64,000 nucleotides of DNA, from contig CAZAJM010000004.1 of assembly GCA_964485625.1 (NCBI GenBank), positions 3,349 to 67,348 of the forward strand, given 5' to 3'. Position numbers and translations under genes: made by a program. This DNA is from an uncultured Candidatus Saccharibacteria bacterium (GTDB taxonomy: Bacteria; Patescibacteriota; UBA1384; JAGGWG01; CAZAJM01). Shown in pieces: positions 26,188 through 36,381 of this stretch (within the stretch, counting starts at the first letter, position 1; each line of letters starts with the position of its first letter). The notes under the pieces are model-generated. The model saw only the letters and a list, made by a program, of their open reading frames with translations. It did no database searches and was not told the origin of the DNA.

Positions 26188-29100
26188 ATGGCAAAAAAAT
26201 CAAATAAAGAAAAAGAGATCAAGAAGAAGGTAGATGAGATTGCAAATAAGCTTGAGGAAGTACAGATTGCTGAAGAGATGGAGACGAGCTATTTAGATTA
26301 CTCTATGAGCGTGATTGTCTCCCGTGCCTTGCCGGATGTAAGAGATGGTCTAAAACCTGTTCATAGAAGAATTCTCTATGCAATGAACCAGATTAAGCTA
26401 GGTCACTCAGGTAGATTTAGAAAGTCTGCTACTGTGGTAGGTGAGGTTCTTGGTAAGTATCATCCACATGGTGATACAGCTGTCTATGATAGTCTTGTTC
26501 GTATGGCTCAGGATTTTTCTATGAGATATATGTTGGTTAATGGTCATGGTAATTTTGGCTCAATTGATGGCGATGCAGCAGCGGCTATGAGATATTGCAT
26601 TACCGGAGATAGCCTTATAGCTACCGATTCCGGCTTGATACCAATATGTACTATTTCTGACAAGGAAGAAGAAGATATTAATATTGAAGTGCAATCAAGA
26701 AATATTAAGACAAACAAAGCAACTAAATTTTTTAATTCCGGTGAACACCCAGTGATAAGTGTTGAGACAGAATTGGGATATCAAATTAGTGGTTCTTATA
26801 ATCATCCTTTGCTGTGCTGGGTAAACAAGGGAGGAACTCCCAAACTTGAGTGGAGATTGTTGGAAAACTTAACCGAAGGTGATCATGTTGTTTTGAATAG
26901 AGAGTCAAATTTGTTTTCTAGCAACATTCCAAATTTAACCGAGTATTATTACAGCTCAAGTAAGACGGAGAAAATTGGTATGCCTAAAGAGATGAATTCA
27001 GATTTAGCATTTTTACTAGGAGCTTTAGTTGCAGAAGGGTCTTTCCATCAAGATAAGATTATTTTTAATAATTCTGATAAAGATTTCTATAAGAAAGTTA
27101 AACAAATTATTACTAGTCAATTTAAAGGTATTAAGTTGTATGAAAGAGATATCAAAGGGAACTGTTTAGAGTTAGAAATTTACCATCAAGAAGTTGTTAA
27201 TTTTCTTATTAACATTGGTTTAAATAATGTAAAATCCCATAAAAAAGAGATACCGTTTATTGTTCTTTCATCTCCCAAAGCAATAATTACTTCTTTTTTG
27301 AATGGTTTGTTTGAGGGTGATGGTTCAGTTTTAGCTAAAACTGACAAAAGGCACCAGGGCAAATCTATTGAATTAACTTATAATTCAAAAAGTAAAAAGC
27401 TAATTAAGCAATTAAAGATAATATTGCTCCATTTGGGGATATTAACTACCAATCCTTATCGAGATAAACGTAGTGATTGTTTTAAGTTAATTATTTCCGG
27501 TGTTGAATCGATTAAAAGATATAAAGAGGAAATAGGATTTTTTTCAGAAAAGAAGAAACAAAGACTTGCCGAAGTTGATAATATAAATTCAGAAAGGATG
27601 AGTAAGAATGATTATATTCCCTATTTAAATGAATATTTAAGAGGGAAGTATGATTTTGTGGAAGTAAAAAAGTACAATTTTGACAGATATAATAGATTAG
27701 AAAAAAATCTTTCCAAAATTATCGATAAAATTGATGATAGTGACAAAAGATTACTTGAATCAGTAATAAAAAAACACTACGTTTTTAACAAGATAGCTCA
27801 AATTAAAAAGGAGCAACCGGAAAATGTCTATTCTGTTAAGGTTGATAGTAAGTGCCATTCTTTTGTAGCTAATGGCTTTGTTAACCACAACACTGAGTGC
27901 AAGATGGAGAAGATCTCTTCATATATTCTCAAAGACATAACTATGGATACGGTCGATTTTGTTGATAACTACGATGGATCTATTCAAGAGCCTTCGGTTC
28001 TGCCAACTAGGGTTCCTAGCCTACTTCTAAATGGTTCGCTTGGTATAGCTGTTGGTATGGCGACCAATATCCCTCCCCATAATTTAAACGAACTTATCGA
28101 TGCCTCTATAGCTCTACTAAACGACGACGACTTAGGAGTTGAAGATTTAATGGAATATGTCAAGGGGCCTGATTTTCCTACGGGAGCTCAGATTTATGGT
28201 ATTGATGGTATTAAGCAAGCTTATTCAACGGGTAAGGGCAAGGTTGTTGTGAGGGCAAAAGCCAACATTGAAGAGGGCAAGAAGGGCAAGCACCAGATAG
28301 TAATTACGGAGATTCCATATCAGGTTAATAAGGCGGAGCTAATTAAAAAGATTGCCGATCTGGTTAAAGAAGATCGGGTTAAAGGAATCTCAGACCTCAG
28401 AGATGAGTCAGATAAAGATGGATTAAGAGTCGTGATTGAGCTTAAGAAAAATTCTTTCCCAAAGAAAGTTCTCAATAACCTATACAAGTTTACCCGTCTA
28501 CAGGACGCCTTTCATATTAACATGCTAGCCCTTATTGATGGCATCCAGCCCAGAGTACTAACACTAAAAGAGGCCTTAAAGCAATTTCTAGAGCATAGGC
28601 GAGTAGTTGTTACTAGAAGGTCAGAGTATGAATTAAAGAAAATTGAGGCTAGATTACATATTTTAGAGGGTCTCAAGATTGCCTTAGACAATATTGATAA
28701 GATTATCCAGACCATTAAAAAATCTAGTAACAGAAAAGACGCTAGTAAGAAGTTGGTTAAAAATTTTGATCTTAGTAAAAAACAGGCCGAGGCAATTTTG
28801 GATATGAGACTGTCCCAGCTCTCGGCTCTGGAAAGACAAGAGATAGAAGATGAGTATAAGGCAAAAAAAGAGCGGAAAGAGGAATTGGAAGCGCTTCTAG
28901 CTTCTGATAAGAAGATGAGAGAGAAAATCCAGGAAGAGTTGGAAGAGGTGAAAGAAGAGTTTGGCGATGAGCGAAGAACTAAGATCTACAAGACTGAAGT
29001 GGGTGAGATTGGCAAGGAAGAACTAATTGCTAAGAAGCCAGCTATAATCACTCTGACCAAAGACAACTATATTAAAAGAATGCCTATCAATACATATAAG

Positions 29101-30093
29101 TCTCAGGCAAGAGGCGGTAAAGGTGTGGTCGGTATGACTACTAAAGAAGAAGATGTTGTTGACAGGATGTTGGTGACCAATACTCATTCATCCCTGTTGT
29201 TCTTTACCGATCAAGGCAAGGTATATCAGTCTCCAGTTCATGAGATACCGGAGGCTAGCCGTAGAGCTAAAGGGAACGCTATTGTTAACTTGCTTCAAAT
29301 CAAGCCTAGCGAGAAAGTAACCGGGGTTTTGGATATTGGTGATATTGAGAAGTCCGATGCTAAGTATCTGCTTATGGCTACTCAGGGTGGCAGAGTAAAA
29401 AAGACCAAAATAGAAGACTATCAGGGTATTAGGCAATCCGGTTTAATTGCCATTCGGTTAAAAGATGAAGATAAGCTTAAGTGGGTTAAGCCAACTAGTG
29501 GCAAAGATAATGTTATTTTAGTTTCAGCCAAGGGTAAGTCGATTAGATTTAGTGAAGAAGATGTTCGTCCGATGGCTAGGAATACCCAGGGCGTAAAAGG
29601 AATTGACTTAAACAAAGATGACCAGTTAGTCGGCATGGATATTATTGCTTCCAAGCAGCAGAAGGCTGATAAGCAGATAAAAGACAAAAAGAAAGAGCTA
29701 GAGAAAGAGAAGGGCATGGACGAAGAAGATGCCAGAGCTCTAGCCGAAGAGACAGGCGAGGCCAAGAAAGGTCTTTCAGATGATCTGCTGGTAGTTATGA
29801 GTAAGGGTTACGGCAAGAGATCTAAGCTAAAGGACTATCCTTTGCAGAACAGAGGTGGCAAAGGAGTTAAATCGGCCAACGTTAAAGATAAAACAGGAGA
29901 TATAGTTCAGATGATGATAGTACCGCCTAGAGGCAAGGGCGATCTAGCCATGGTCTCGGCCAAAGGCAAAGTAATTAGAATACCATTAACTTCTGCGAAA
30001 AAAATGGGCCGCAATACTCAAGGAGTAAGACTGATGAAGTTAAACCAGGGAGATAAAGTAGCTTCAGTCACCTATATGGCTAAGGGCAAGTAA
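26188..30093 (+). CDS. gyrA: DNA gyrase subunit A interrupted by an intein (extein 869 aa plus intein 432 aa)
   Basis: 1301 aa. The extein sequence AAMRY / [29 protein letters not shown] ... [18 protein letters not shown] is colinear with GyrA around the catalytic Tyr. The insert between them has intein termini. Confidence 0.95.
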   Translation: MAKKSNKEKEIKKKVDEIANKLEEVQIAEEMETSYLDYSMSVIVSRALPDVRDGLKPVHRRILYAMNQIKLGHSGRFRKSATVVGEVLGKYHPHGDTAVYDSLVRMAQDFSMRYMLVNGHGNFGSIDGDAAAAMRYCITGDSLIATDSGLIPICTISDKEEEDINIEVQSRNIKTNKATKFFNSGEHPVISVETELGYQISGSYNHPLLCWVNKGGTPKLEWRLLENLTEGDHVVLNRESNLFSSNIPNLTEYYYSSSKTEKIGMPKEMNSDLAFLLGALVAEGSFHQDKIIFNNSDKDFYKKVKQIITSQFKGIKLYERDIKGNCLELEIYHQEVVNFLINIGLNNVKSHKKEIPFIVLSSPKAIITSFLNGLFEGDGSVLAKTDKRHQGKSIELTYNSKSKKLIKQLKIILLHLGILTTNPYRDKRSDCFKLIISGVESIKRYKEEIGFFSEKKKQRLAEVDNINSERMSKNDYIPYLNEYLRGKYDFVEVKKYNFDRYNRLEKNLSKIIDKIDDSDKRLLESVIKKHYVFNKIAQIKKEQPENVYSVKVDSKCHSFVANGFVNHNTECKMEKISSYILKDITMDTVDFVDNYDGSIQEPSVLPTRVPSLLLNGSLGIAVGMATNIPPHNLNELIDASIALLNDDDLGVEDLMEYVKGPDFPTGAQIYGIDGIKQAYSTGKGKVVVRAKANIEEGKKGKHQIVITEIPYQVNKAELIKKIADLVKEDRVKGISDLRDESDKDGLRVVIELKKNSFPKKVLNNLYKFTRLQDAFHINMLALIDGIQPRVLTLKEALKQFLEHRRVVVTRRSEYELKKIEARLHILEGLKIALDNIDKIIQTIKKSSNRKDASKKLVKNFDLSKKQAEAILDMRLSQLSALERQEIEDEYKAKKERKEELEALLASDKKMREKIQEELEEVKEEFGDERRTKIYKTEVGEIGKEELIAKKPAIITLTKDNYIKRMPINTYKSQARGGKGVVGMTTKEEDVVDRMLVTNTHSSLLFFTDQGKVYQSPVHEIPEASRRAKGNAIVNLLQIKPSEKVTGVLDIGDIEKSDAKYLLMATQGGRVKKTKIEDYQGIRQSGLIAIRLKDEDKLKWVKPTSGKDNVILVSAKGKSIRFSEEDVRPMARNTQGVKGIDLNKDDQLVGMDIIASKQQKADKQIKDKKKELEKEKGMDEEDARALAEETGEAKKGLSDDLLVVMSKGYGKRSKLKDYPLQNRGGKGVKSANVKDKTGDIVQMMIVPPRGKGDLAMVSAKGKVIRIPLTSAKKMGRNTQGVRLMKLNQGDKVASVTYMAKGK
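26596..27891 (+). mobile_element. Intein in GyrA, inserted immediately after the catalytic tyrosine (gyrA-a site), with LAGLIDADG homing-endonuclease domain
   Basis: Starts with Cys ([13 protein letters not shown], block A) and ends VANGFVNHN followed by the +1 Thr. Two LAGLIDADG motifs are present, [14 protein letters not shown] and [15 protein letters not shown]. In-frame, 1296 nt. Confidence 0.9.
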
Positions 30094-30120
30094 AATACCA
30101 CTTTAAGGACTAATATAGAG

Positions 30121-30150
30121 AAGCCCTGTCAATTGACGGGGCTTTTTCTT
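30121..30150 (+). terminator. Rho-independent terminator after gyrA
   Basis: aaGCCCtGTCaattGACgGGGCtttttctt. Confidence 0.6.
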
Positions 30151-30219
30151 GCCAAAACAAGTTTTATGTGATATAGATAGACCAGACTTGTACCAAACGA
30201 TGCAGCAGGAGTGATCACC

Positions 30220-31062
30220 ATGGCAGCAATAAAACAATATTATAGTCGACGGACTCCATTGGGAGAGATGCTTAAAGAGGCTAGAGATGAGGCTGAGTTG
30301 ACTCAAATTGATGTTGCTGATAGATTGGCTGAGGATTATGGTAAGTCAATTGGAGTACAGGTGATTAGAGATTTGGAATATCTTGGGCCGAGAAATGAAG
30401 ATCATCTTCAGTTGATAAAGCTTATAGACCAAGTCTATGGTTCAAATGTTGCTGAAGAGATTGAGAAGTATGGTTTAGGTTACCGATTGCCATGTGGGGA
30501 TGATTTTGTAAATGCAATTGAATACTCGGGTCTAAGCGGCAACAAATTATCCCAAGAGATCGCTTCACAGCTTAACTATTCTGTATCATCTATGCCAACA
30601 TACATTCGAATCTGGAGGGTTGTCGGTCTGCCAAATATCCGCGTGGCTGAGGAGATCGATGATATTCTTGGTACGGATTTTGCAGATAATTTTGAGGAGA
30701 GCGAGAGAAAGTCTGCAAGGATATTAGAAAGAGCAAGGGCTAAGAGAAAGTCGGATGATTCAGGTTCTAAAACAAGCCAAGATCCTGAAGTGGTTGAAGT
30801 GAATACTGATGAGGAGCGAGTTGAGTTCGACGCAGATGAGCTTTTTGCCGATATGGAATTTGATTTAGAGATGTTAGTCAGATCTTGGAGGGTTGAAGGT
30901 TTCGAGCCTCATATTGAACTAGTGGCGGAAGAGATTGGGGTTTTGGTTAATATGAAGGATGAGTTGTTGGATAAGCTGATTGAGGTGATTGGTATGAGAG
31001 AAGAGATGATTGGCTTAAGAGATGAGATTAGGGCAAAACTTGAAGAGAGAATAAGCAATTAA
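30220..31062 (+). CDS. Hypothetical protein with two XRE-like HTH segments and an acidic C-terminal tail
   Basis: ATG at 30220 sits 9 nt after AGGAG; the GTG at 30211 proposed by the ORF track is less likely. LGEMLKEARDEAELTQIDVADRL is HTH-like. Confidence 0.5.
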   Translation: MAAIKQYYSRRTPLGEMLKEARDEAELTQIDVADRLAEDYGKSIGVQVIRDLEYLGPRNEDHLQLIKLIDQVYGSNVAEEIEKYGLGYRLPCGDDFVNAIEYSGLSGNKLSQEIASQLNYSVSSMPTYIRIWRVVGLPNIRVAEEIDDILGTDFADNFEESERKSARILERARAKRKSDDSGSKTSQDPEVVEVNTDEERVEFDADELFADMEFDLEMLVRSWRVEGFEPHIELVAEEIGVLVNMKDELLDKLIEVIGMREEMIGLRDEIRAKLEERISN

Positions 31063-31241
31063 AGCGACAGTTAATATATATCTTAATAGCAACACGCATT
31101 GTTATTGACTCATATTTTCTGTCGTTTTTTCTTTTTGATTAACTTTTGACTTTTAACCAGAAATAAGGTAGAGTTTAAATTACAAAACAATTTTTTTGAT
31201 TAATGTTTTTTAAATATGGCTATAAAGCTAACTGATCTGGC

Positions 31242-31332
31242 CCTGCCCGCCATTGGCTGAGCCGCAGGCGATGGCAGGCGAGTTAATCATAATTATCCAC
31301 TATAACCAATAAAAGCATTTAAGCAATATAAA
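31242..31332. repeat. GC-rich hairpin element copy C (41-bp GC hairpin plus AT-rich ~50-bp arm, inverted relative to copy B), flanked by 26-bp direct repeats at 31216-31241 and 31333-31358
   Basis: Direct repeat atggctat[a/t]aagctaactgatctggc is the first 9 codons of infB, 25/26 identical. Hairpin: cctgcccgccattggctgagccgcaggcgatggcaggcgag. Confidence 0.65.
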
Positions 31333-33303
31333 ATGGCTATTAAGCTAACTGATCTGGCAGATAAGCTAAAATTAACTAAACTTCAACTTAAGCGAGAGCT
31401 TAAGAATCTTGATATTGAAGGTCTTGATCCAAAGAAGACCTTTTTTGAACGTCAGATTGCAGATCAGATAATTGAAGAGCTTAGAGAGGATAAGGGAGAA
31501 AAAGAAGAAGTAAAGAAAGCTCCAGAAAAACCCAAAGTTAGGGAAGATGAAAAATCCATTGAAATAGGTGAGACAATTACAGTTAAGAATTTTGCCTCTA
31601 AACTTAATTTGCCGGTGACTGATGTGATTAAGGAATTAATGCGTAATGGTGTAGCAGCAACAATTAATGAGAAGATTGATTTTGATACAGCAAGTATTAT
31701 TGCTTCAGACTTTGGTTACTCTGCTGCTCAAGAGCAAGAGGCCAAAGGTATTTTAGAAGAAGACTGGCAGGGCAAGAAACTAGAAGAGAGGCCTCCTGTT
31801 GTTACTATCTTAGGTCATGTCGATCATGGCAAGACCACCTTATTAGATAGAATCAGAGAGAAGAATGTCGCAGGTGGCGAGTCCGGTGGTATTACTCAGC
31901 ATATTGGTGCTTACCAGGCAGAGGTTAAAGTAGAGGGAGATAAACGCAAAATTACCTTCATCGATACTCCCGGCCATAAGGCCTTTACGGCTATGAGGGC
32001 TCAGGGAGCCAAGGTAACCGATATTGCTGTTCTTATTATTGCTGCCGATGATTCGGTTCAGCCTCAAACCAAAGAGGCAATAGATCATATTAAGCAAGCC
32101 GGTGTGCCGATAGTGGTAGCGATTAACAAGATTGATTTGCCCGGTGCTGATGTCAATAAAGTTAAGCAAGATTTAATTGAACTTGGTTTGAATCCAGAAG
32201 ATCTTGGCGGTACTACCCCAACTGTCGAAGTTTCAGCCGAGAAAGGGACTAATATTGATAGTCTTTTGGAGATGATTATTCTAACTGCTGACTTACAAGA
32301 CCTAAAGGCCCCTCTTGATATCCAGCCTAAGGGAGTAGTGATTGAGAGCCATAAGCACAAAGGGGCCGGGGTATTAGCTACTGTCTTGATTAAGCAGGGA
32401 ATTTTAGAGCAAGGTAAGCCAGTCTTGGCAGGAACCATTGTTGGTACCGCTAGAATTCTAGAAGATGAGAATATGGATCGTATCGATAAAGCATACCCCA
32501 GTCAGCCAGTAAGAGTGGTTGGTTTCGATGAGGTGCCGGGAGTTGGCACGATTGTAGAGCAGCTTGGTGATATTAAAGAGGCTCGAAAAGTTGCTCAAAA
32601 AAGGATTGAGGAGGCAAGAAAAGAGGGCAAAACTACAGGTACAGGTTTGGCAGAAGCATCAAAGTCTATTAAGAAAGGTGAGAGTAAGCAGTTGAAGATA
32701 ATCCTTAAGGCCGATGTGGCCGGTTCTCTAGAAGCCCTAAGACAGTCAATTAATGCCCTAGGAGATAAAGAGACGAGTGTGGAAATTATTAGAGCCGGGG
32801 TGGGTCCGGTAAATGAGTCTGACATTGAAATGGCAACTGCTTCAGACGCGGTAATAATTTCATTTAGAATGCCAGTTGATAAAGCCGCAGGTAGTTTGGC
32901 TAAGCAGAACAATATTGAGATTAGTGAGTATGATGTTATCTACAAACTTATCGATGACCTACAAGCCGCTCTAGAAGGTATGCTCGAGCCAACTATTACC
33001 AAAGAGAAGCAGGGTGAGGCAAAAGTATTAAAGGTCTTCTTCTCCAGCAAGAATAGGACGATTGTTGGTGGCAGAATGCTCGAGGGTGAGGCAAATAAGG
33101 CTTTGGATGTTGAGATCCAACGAGGTGAAGATATTATCGCTAAAGGCAAGATTAATACTTTGCAGAGAGAACAGAAAGAAGTAGATAGTGTTAAAAAAGG
33201 TCAGGAGTTTGGTATTGGTTTAGAAACTGACGGCAAGATTAAGCCAGATGATAGATTGCTCTTTTATAGTTTGAAAAAAGAAGTAAGGAAGCTTCCCAAG
33301 TAG
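31333..33303 (+). CDS. infB: Translation initiation factor IF-2 (short form)
   Basis: 656 aa. G domain GHVDHGKTTLLD, DTPGH, NKID, followed by beta-barrel domains. Confidence 0.95.
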   Translation: MAIKLTDLADKLKLTKLQLKRELKNLDIEGLDPKKTFFERQIADQIIEELREDKGEKEEVKKAPEKPKVREDEKSIEIGETITVKNFASKLNLPVTDVIKELMRNGVAATINEKIDFDTASIIASDFGYSAAQEQEAKGILEEDWQGKKLEERPPVVTILGHVDHGKTTLLDRIREKNVAGGESGGITQHIGAYQAEVKVEGDKRKITFIDTPGHKAFTAMRAQGAKVTDIAVLIIAADDSVQPQTKEAIDHIKQAGVPIVVAINKIDLPGADVNKVKQDLIELGLNPEDLGGTTPTVEVSAEKGTNIDSLLEMIILTADLQDLKAPLDIQPKGVVIESHKHKGAGVLATVLIKQGILEQGKPVLAGTIVGTARILEDENMDRIDKAYPSQPVRVVGFDEVPGVGTIVEQLGDIKEARKVAQKRIEEARKEGKTTGTGLAEASKSIKKGESKQLKIILKADVAGSLEALRQSINALGDKETSVEIIRAGVGPVNESDIEMATASDAVIISFRMPVDKAAGSLAKQNNIEISEYDVIYKLIDDLQAALEGMLEPTITKEKQGEAKVLKVFFSSKNRTIVGGRMLEGEANKALDVEIQRGEDIIAKGKINTLQREQKEVDSVKKGQEFGIGLETDGKIKPDDRLLFYSLKKEVRKLPK

Positions 33304-33341
33304 CTTGAATAATATTTAAGTATAGTTTAGTTTAGAAAGTA

Positions 33342-33836
33342 ATGAATAGATTACTTTCTTTTTTATTCAACCAAAGAAACCAGACCACCTTCTTAACTGA
33401 GCTTGTTAGAGCAGCCAGAGTTTTGTCTAAGAAGAATATCTCTGGCATATTAGTTGTTGATATGGCATCAGTTAAAAACGATCAGCCATCTTTGATTAAT
33501 TCAATCGAGCTAGTTAGCAATTTTGTTAGGAAAAAAAGAGAGTCTTTGGTTATCGAAGGCCAGCAGATAGTTGATAGTAATATCACGCCTCCTTTCCCAG
33601 AAAATATCTACTACCATAGCCTAACTGATCGTCAATTGGCTTGTTTGGGTATTAGCCAAACTAGAGAAGATTTTGCTATTTTGGTTGAAAAGGATGGCAA
33701 AATTAGCTTAGCTTATCAAAGCTCAATTAAGACCGATCTTAATTCTGCTCAATTAGAGAGTATTATTAGGACTATTACTAACTCTAGTTATGAGCAGAAG
33801 AAAGTTCTGGCTGTTAGTAGTAGCAGCCAAATATGA
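33342..33836 (+). CDS. Hypothetical protein
   Basis: 164 aa, no recognisable motif. It sits where rbfA would be expected but does not resemble RbfA. Confidence 0.35.
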   Translation: MNRLLSFLFNQRNQTTFLTELVRAARVLSKKNISGILVVDMASVKNDQPSLINSIELVSNFVRKKRESLVIEGQQIVDSNITPPFPENIYYHSLTDRQLACLGISQTREDFAILVEKDGKISLAYQSSIKTDLNSAQLESIIRTITNSSYEQKKVLAVSSSSQI

Positions 33837-33871
33837 TATAATAGCAGTAAGTAGTAAACTGTTAATATATC

Positions 33872-34951
33872 ATGGCTGATTTTTCAGATAATTTAGAAGA
33901 CTTAGGCCTGACACCGGAAGAGAAATCTCTTGAGCCACAGAAAGAAGCAAGCAAGTTAGATTCTCTTAGCAGGGATAATGCTTTAGAGTCCCTTAAGAAA
34001 AGGATCTTGGGATCAAAGAAGAAAAACGAGAGGCTCTCTACTGCTTGGGAGCTGGGAAAAACCGGAGAGAGAAGGGCAGCCAAGATTTTACTTGAGGCAG
34101 CTAAAAGCGAGTCCGATTTAGATGTTAAGGATGAGATAATCTCTGCTTTGGGTTGGCTGGGAGACCAAATCGCCGGAGATTTTTTAGTAGAAATACTAAT
34201 TAAAGATAAAGAGCCACACTTAAGAAGGAAAGCTGCCTGGGCTATCTCTCATATTGGAGAGACCAAGACGGTTGTAGATAGTCTGGTAAAAGTGTTAACA
34301 AGTGATCAGGATCAGAAGGTGAGGGAAGAGGCGGCTTGGGCTCTAGGAGAGATGAATTGTCAGGAAGGAATGAGTATACTGGCCGATGTTGTTCTGACTG
34401 ACGAGTCGGCTAAAGTTAGGAAGATGGCTGTCTGGGCGATTGGACAGATAAAGGGAGAGAAAACTTTAGAGTTGCTTTTAGAAGCTCTTGAGGCTGATAT
34501 GAGTGAGGAAGTAAGACGGGAATCTGCTTGGGTAATAGGCCGAGAGAAAATTGAGGAAGCTAGAGATAGATTAGCAAAGATGCTTAGAAGAGAGGAGCAC
34601 CCGGAGACTCTGAAACTTATCATTTGGTCTTTGGCGCAAATTGGTACTAAAGAAGAAGTAAATTATTTCGACCATATTTTCGAAGAGAATTATCCAGAGT
34701 CAGTTAAAGAAGAGGCTGCTTGGAGCTTGGCTCAGATTGGAGAAGGCAAAGGCTCCCGAATTATTGAAAAACATTTAGAAGACCAAGGTAGTAGCGAAGT
34801 AGTTAGAGTAATGGTCTGGGCCCTGGGTCAAATAGGGGATAGTAAGTCAATTAAAAAAATTGAACAATTAAAAAGAACCACTAAGGATGAAGAGGTGGTT
34901 GATGAGATAATTTGGGTAGTTAATCAGATTAAAGAGAGAGAAGATAAGTAG
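33872..34951 (+). CDS. HEAT-repeat (PBS-lyase-type) protein
   Basis: 359 aa with at least 8 tandem ~31-aa repeats of the form VR.xAAWALGxIG. Confidence 0.7.
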   Translation: MADFSDNLEDLGLTPEEKSLEPQKEASKLDSLSRDNALESLKKRILGSKKKNERLSTAWELGKTGERRAAKILLEAAKSESDLDVKDEIISALGWLGDQIAGDFLVEILIKDKEPHLRRKAAWAISHIGETKTVVDSLVKVLTSDQDQKVREEAAWALGEMNCQEGMSILADVVLTDESAKVRKMAVWAIGQIKGEKTLELLLEALEADMSEEVRRESAWVIGREKIEEARDRLAKMLRREEHPETLKLIIWSLAQIGTKEEVNYFDHIFEENYPESVKEEAAWSLAQIGEGKGSRIIEKHLEDQGSSEVVRVMVWALGQIGDSKSIKKIEQLKRTTKDEEVVDEIIWVVNQIKEREDK

Positions 34952-34973
34952 TTTGGTGAATGTTTAGGATATA

Positions 34974-35003
34974 AAAAAGCCATCAATAGATGGTCTTTTT
35001 TTA
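34974..35003. terminator. Bidirectional Rho-independent terminator between the HEAT-repeat gene and the 16S 3' end
   Basis: aaaaaaGCCATCaataGATGGtCttttttt: the stem is flanked by an A-run and a T-run. Confidence 0.6.
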
Positions 35004-35241
35004 ATCTCTTAAGATCTAAGATTCGGACAAGAATGTTCCTCGGCTTCACAAATGTGAAGACGGGATCAACCTTGCGCCACCGATAAGTATATCGGCGACA
35101 TTCCTATTAGAAAGGAGGTATTCCATCCGCAGATTCCCCTACGGAAACCTTGTTACGACTTTGTCCCAGTCACTGGCTTCACCTTTATTCCACACAAGGT
35201 GGAATGTCCAGTGCCTCCAGCTTCTTTGACATGACGGGCGG

Positions 35242-36054
35242 ATTCTGATAGTTGAAGCAAACTTCAGGTTCCCACTAAGCATGCAGATTTCCCGCACTTA
35301 GCGAGTCCTTAATGCATTTTGTTTTTTAGATTAATAATTTTATCTAGTCCTTTCTCCGTGTAATGCTCCTTGTTTTCAATTAATTCCATAATTCTGGAAA
35401 ATAATTCAAAATCATTTCTTTTGGAGTTACTTCTTAAAGGATTTTCTCTAAAAAACTTGATGATTTTTTTGACGTCTTCAAGTCTTGAGGCTTGATATCG
35501 GTAGCACGTAGAATGATTTTTTCTACGATCTCTTTGAATGTATACAATGCCAAACCCTAAATATTCTTTTATCTGATAGAGCACCTGTTTGTCAAATGCT
35601 TTTAGCTTGATAACAAACATAGGCACAACTCTATTTCTGGTGCCATCGTCTTTTTTCTTTTTTACATAGACGTGAAAACACCCTTCTCCATCAGTTAAAC
35701 CGACTAAATAATCATCAGTAAGCATTAGGTTTTGTCCTTCCCTCGGCAAGTTTTGCCGGGTACTATGACTCAGCTGACTTCTTATGTTATTCATTTGCTT
35801 CTAGTATAACATAAGATCTCCCTGGATTAAATAAATTACTATTCCACACATCCCACGAATTTCTATAATATATTTTTACTTCCCTAACACACACCGGTTA
35901 GGTCGTAAAAAATGGTTTTAATGAAGTAATGATGGGCTATGTTTTGCCGTTGAGTCCTACAGTCAGTATCTCACGATAATTGACCTACTCTTGGCTATAT
36001 AAAAGGATTTTAACCTTTTAGCAAAATATCCTGCCAGGCGTCTTTATTAATTTT
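35242..36054 (-). mobile_element. 16S intervening sequence 1 at the decoding-centre helix (E. coli ~1398/1399), encoding a LAGLIDADG endonuclease
   Basis: Exon sequence ...gacgggcgg stops at 35241 and resumes tgtgtacaag at 36055. Boundaries are +/- a few nt. No terminal G is evident, so the intron class is undetermined. Confidence 0.7.
35309..35794 (-). CDS. LAGLIDADG homing endonuclease (single-motif type) inside 16S insertion 1
   Basis: 161 aa with LVGLTDGEGCFHVYV. Confidence 0.8.
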   Translation of the reverse strand: MNNIRSQLSHSTRQNLPREGQNLMLTDDYLVGLTDGEGCFHVYVKKKKDDGTRNRVVPMFVIKLKAFDKQVLYQIKEYLGFGIVYIQRDRRKNHSTCYRYQASRLEDVKKIIKFFRENPLRSNSKRNDFELFSRIMELIENKEHYTEKGLDKIINLKNKMH

Positions 36055-36381
36055 TGTGTACAAGACTCGAGAACATATTCACCGTAATGTGGCTGACTTA
36101 CGGTTACTAGCGATTCCATCTTCATGGAGTCGAATTTCAGACTCCAATCCGTACTGGGGTACATTTTAAGGGATTAGCTCCGTCTCGCGACTTGGCGAAA
36201 CCCATTGTATGTACCATTGTAGCGCGTGTGTCGCCCAAGACATAAGGGTCATGCTGATTTGGCGTCATCTCCACCTTCCTCCGTGTTGACCACGGCAGTC
36301 CTCTATGACAGATTTAACATAGAGCAGAGGTTGCGCTCGTTCAGGGACTTAACCCGACGTTTCACAACACGAGCTGACGAC

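Noticed and set aside
26596-27891. Reading the gyrA insert as a separate LAGLIDADG gene rather than an intein
   Set aside because: It is in frame with both GyrA halves and has no stop or start of its own. It has Cys1 and HN/T termini, so protein splicing is the consistent explanation.
30211-30219. GTG start for the HTH protein at 30211
   Set aside because: The ATG at 30220 is placed 9 nt after an AGGAG Shine-Dalgarno sequence, whereas the GTG overlaps it.
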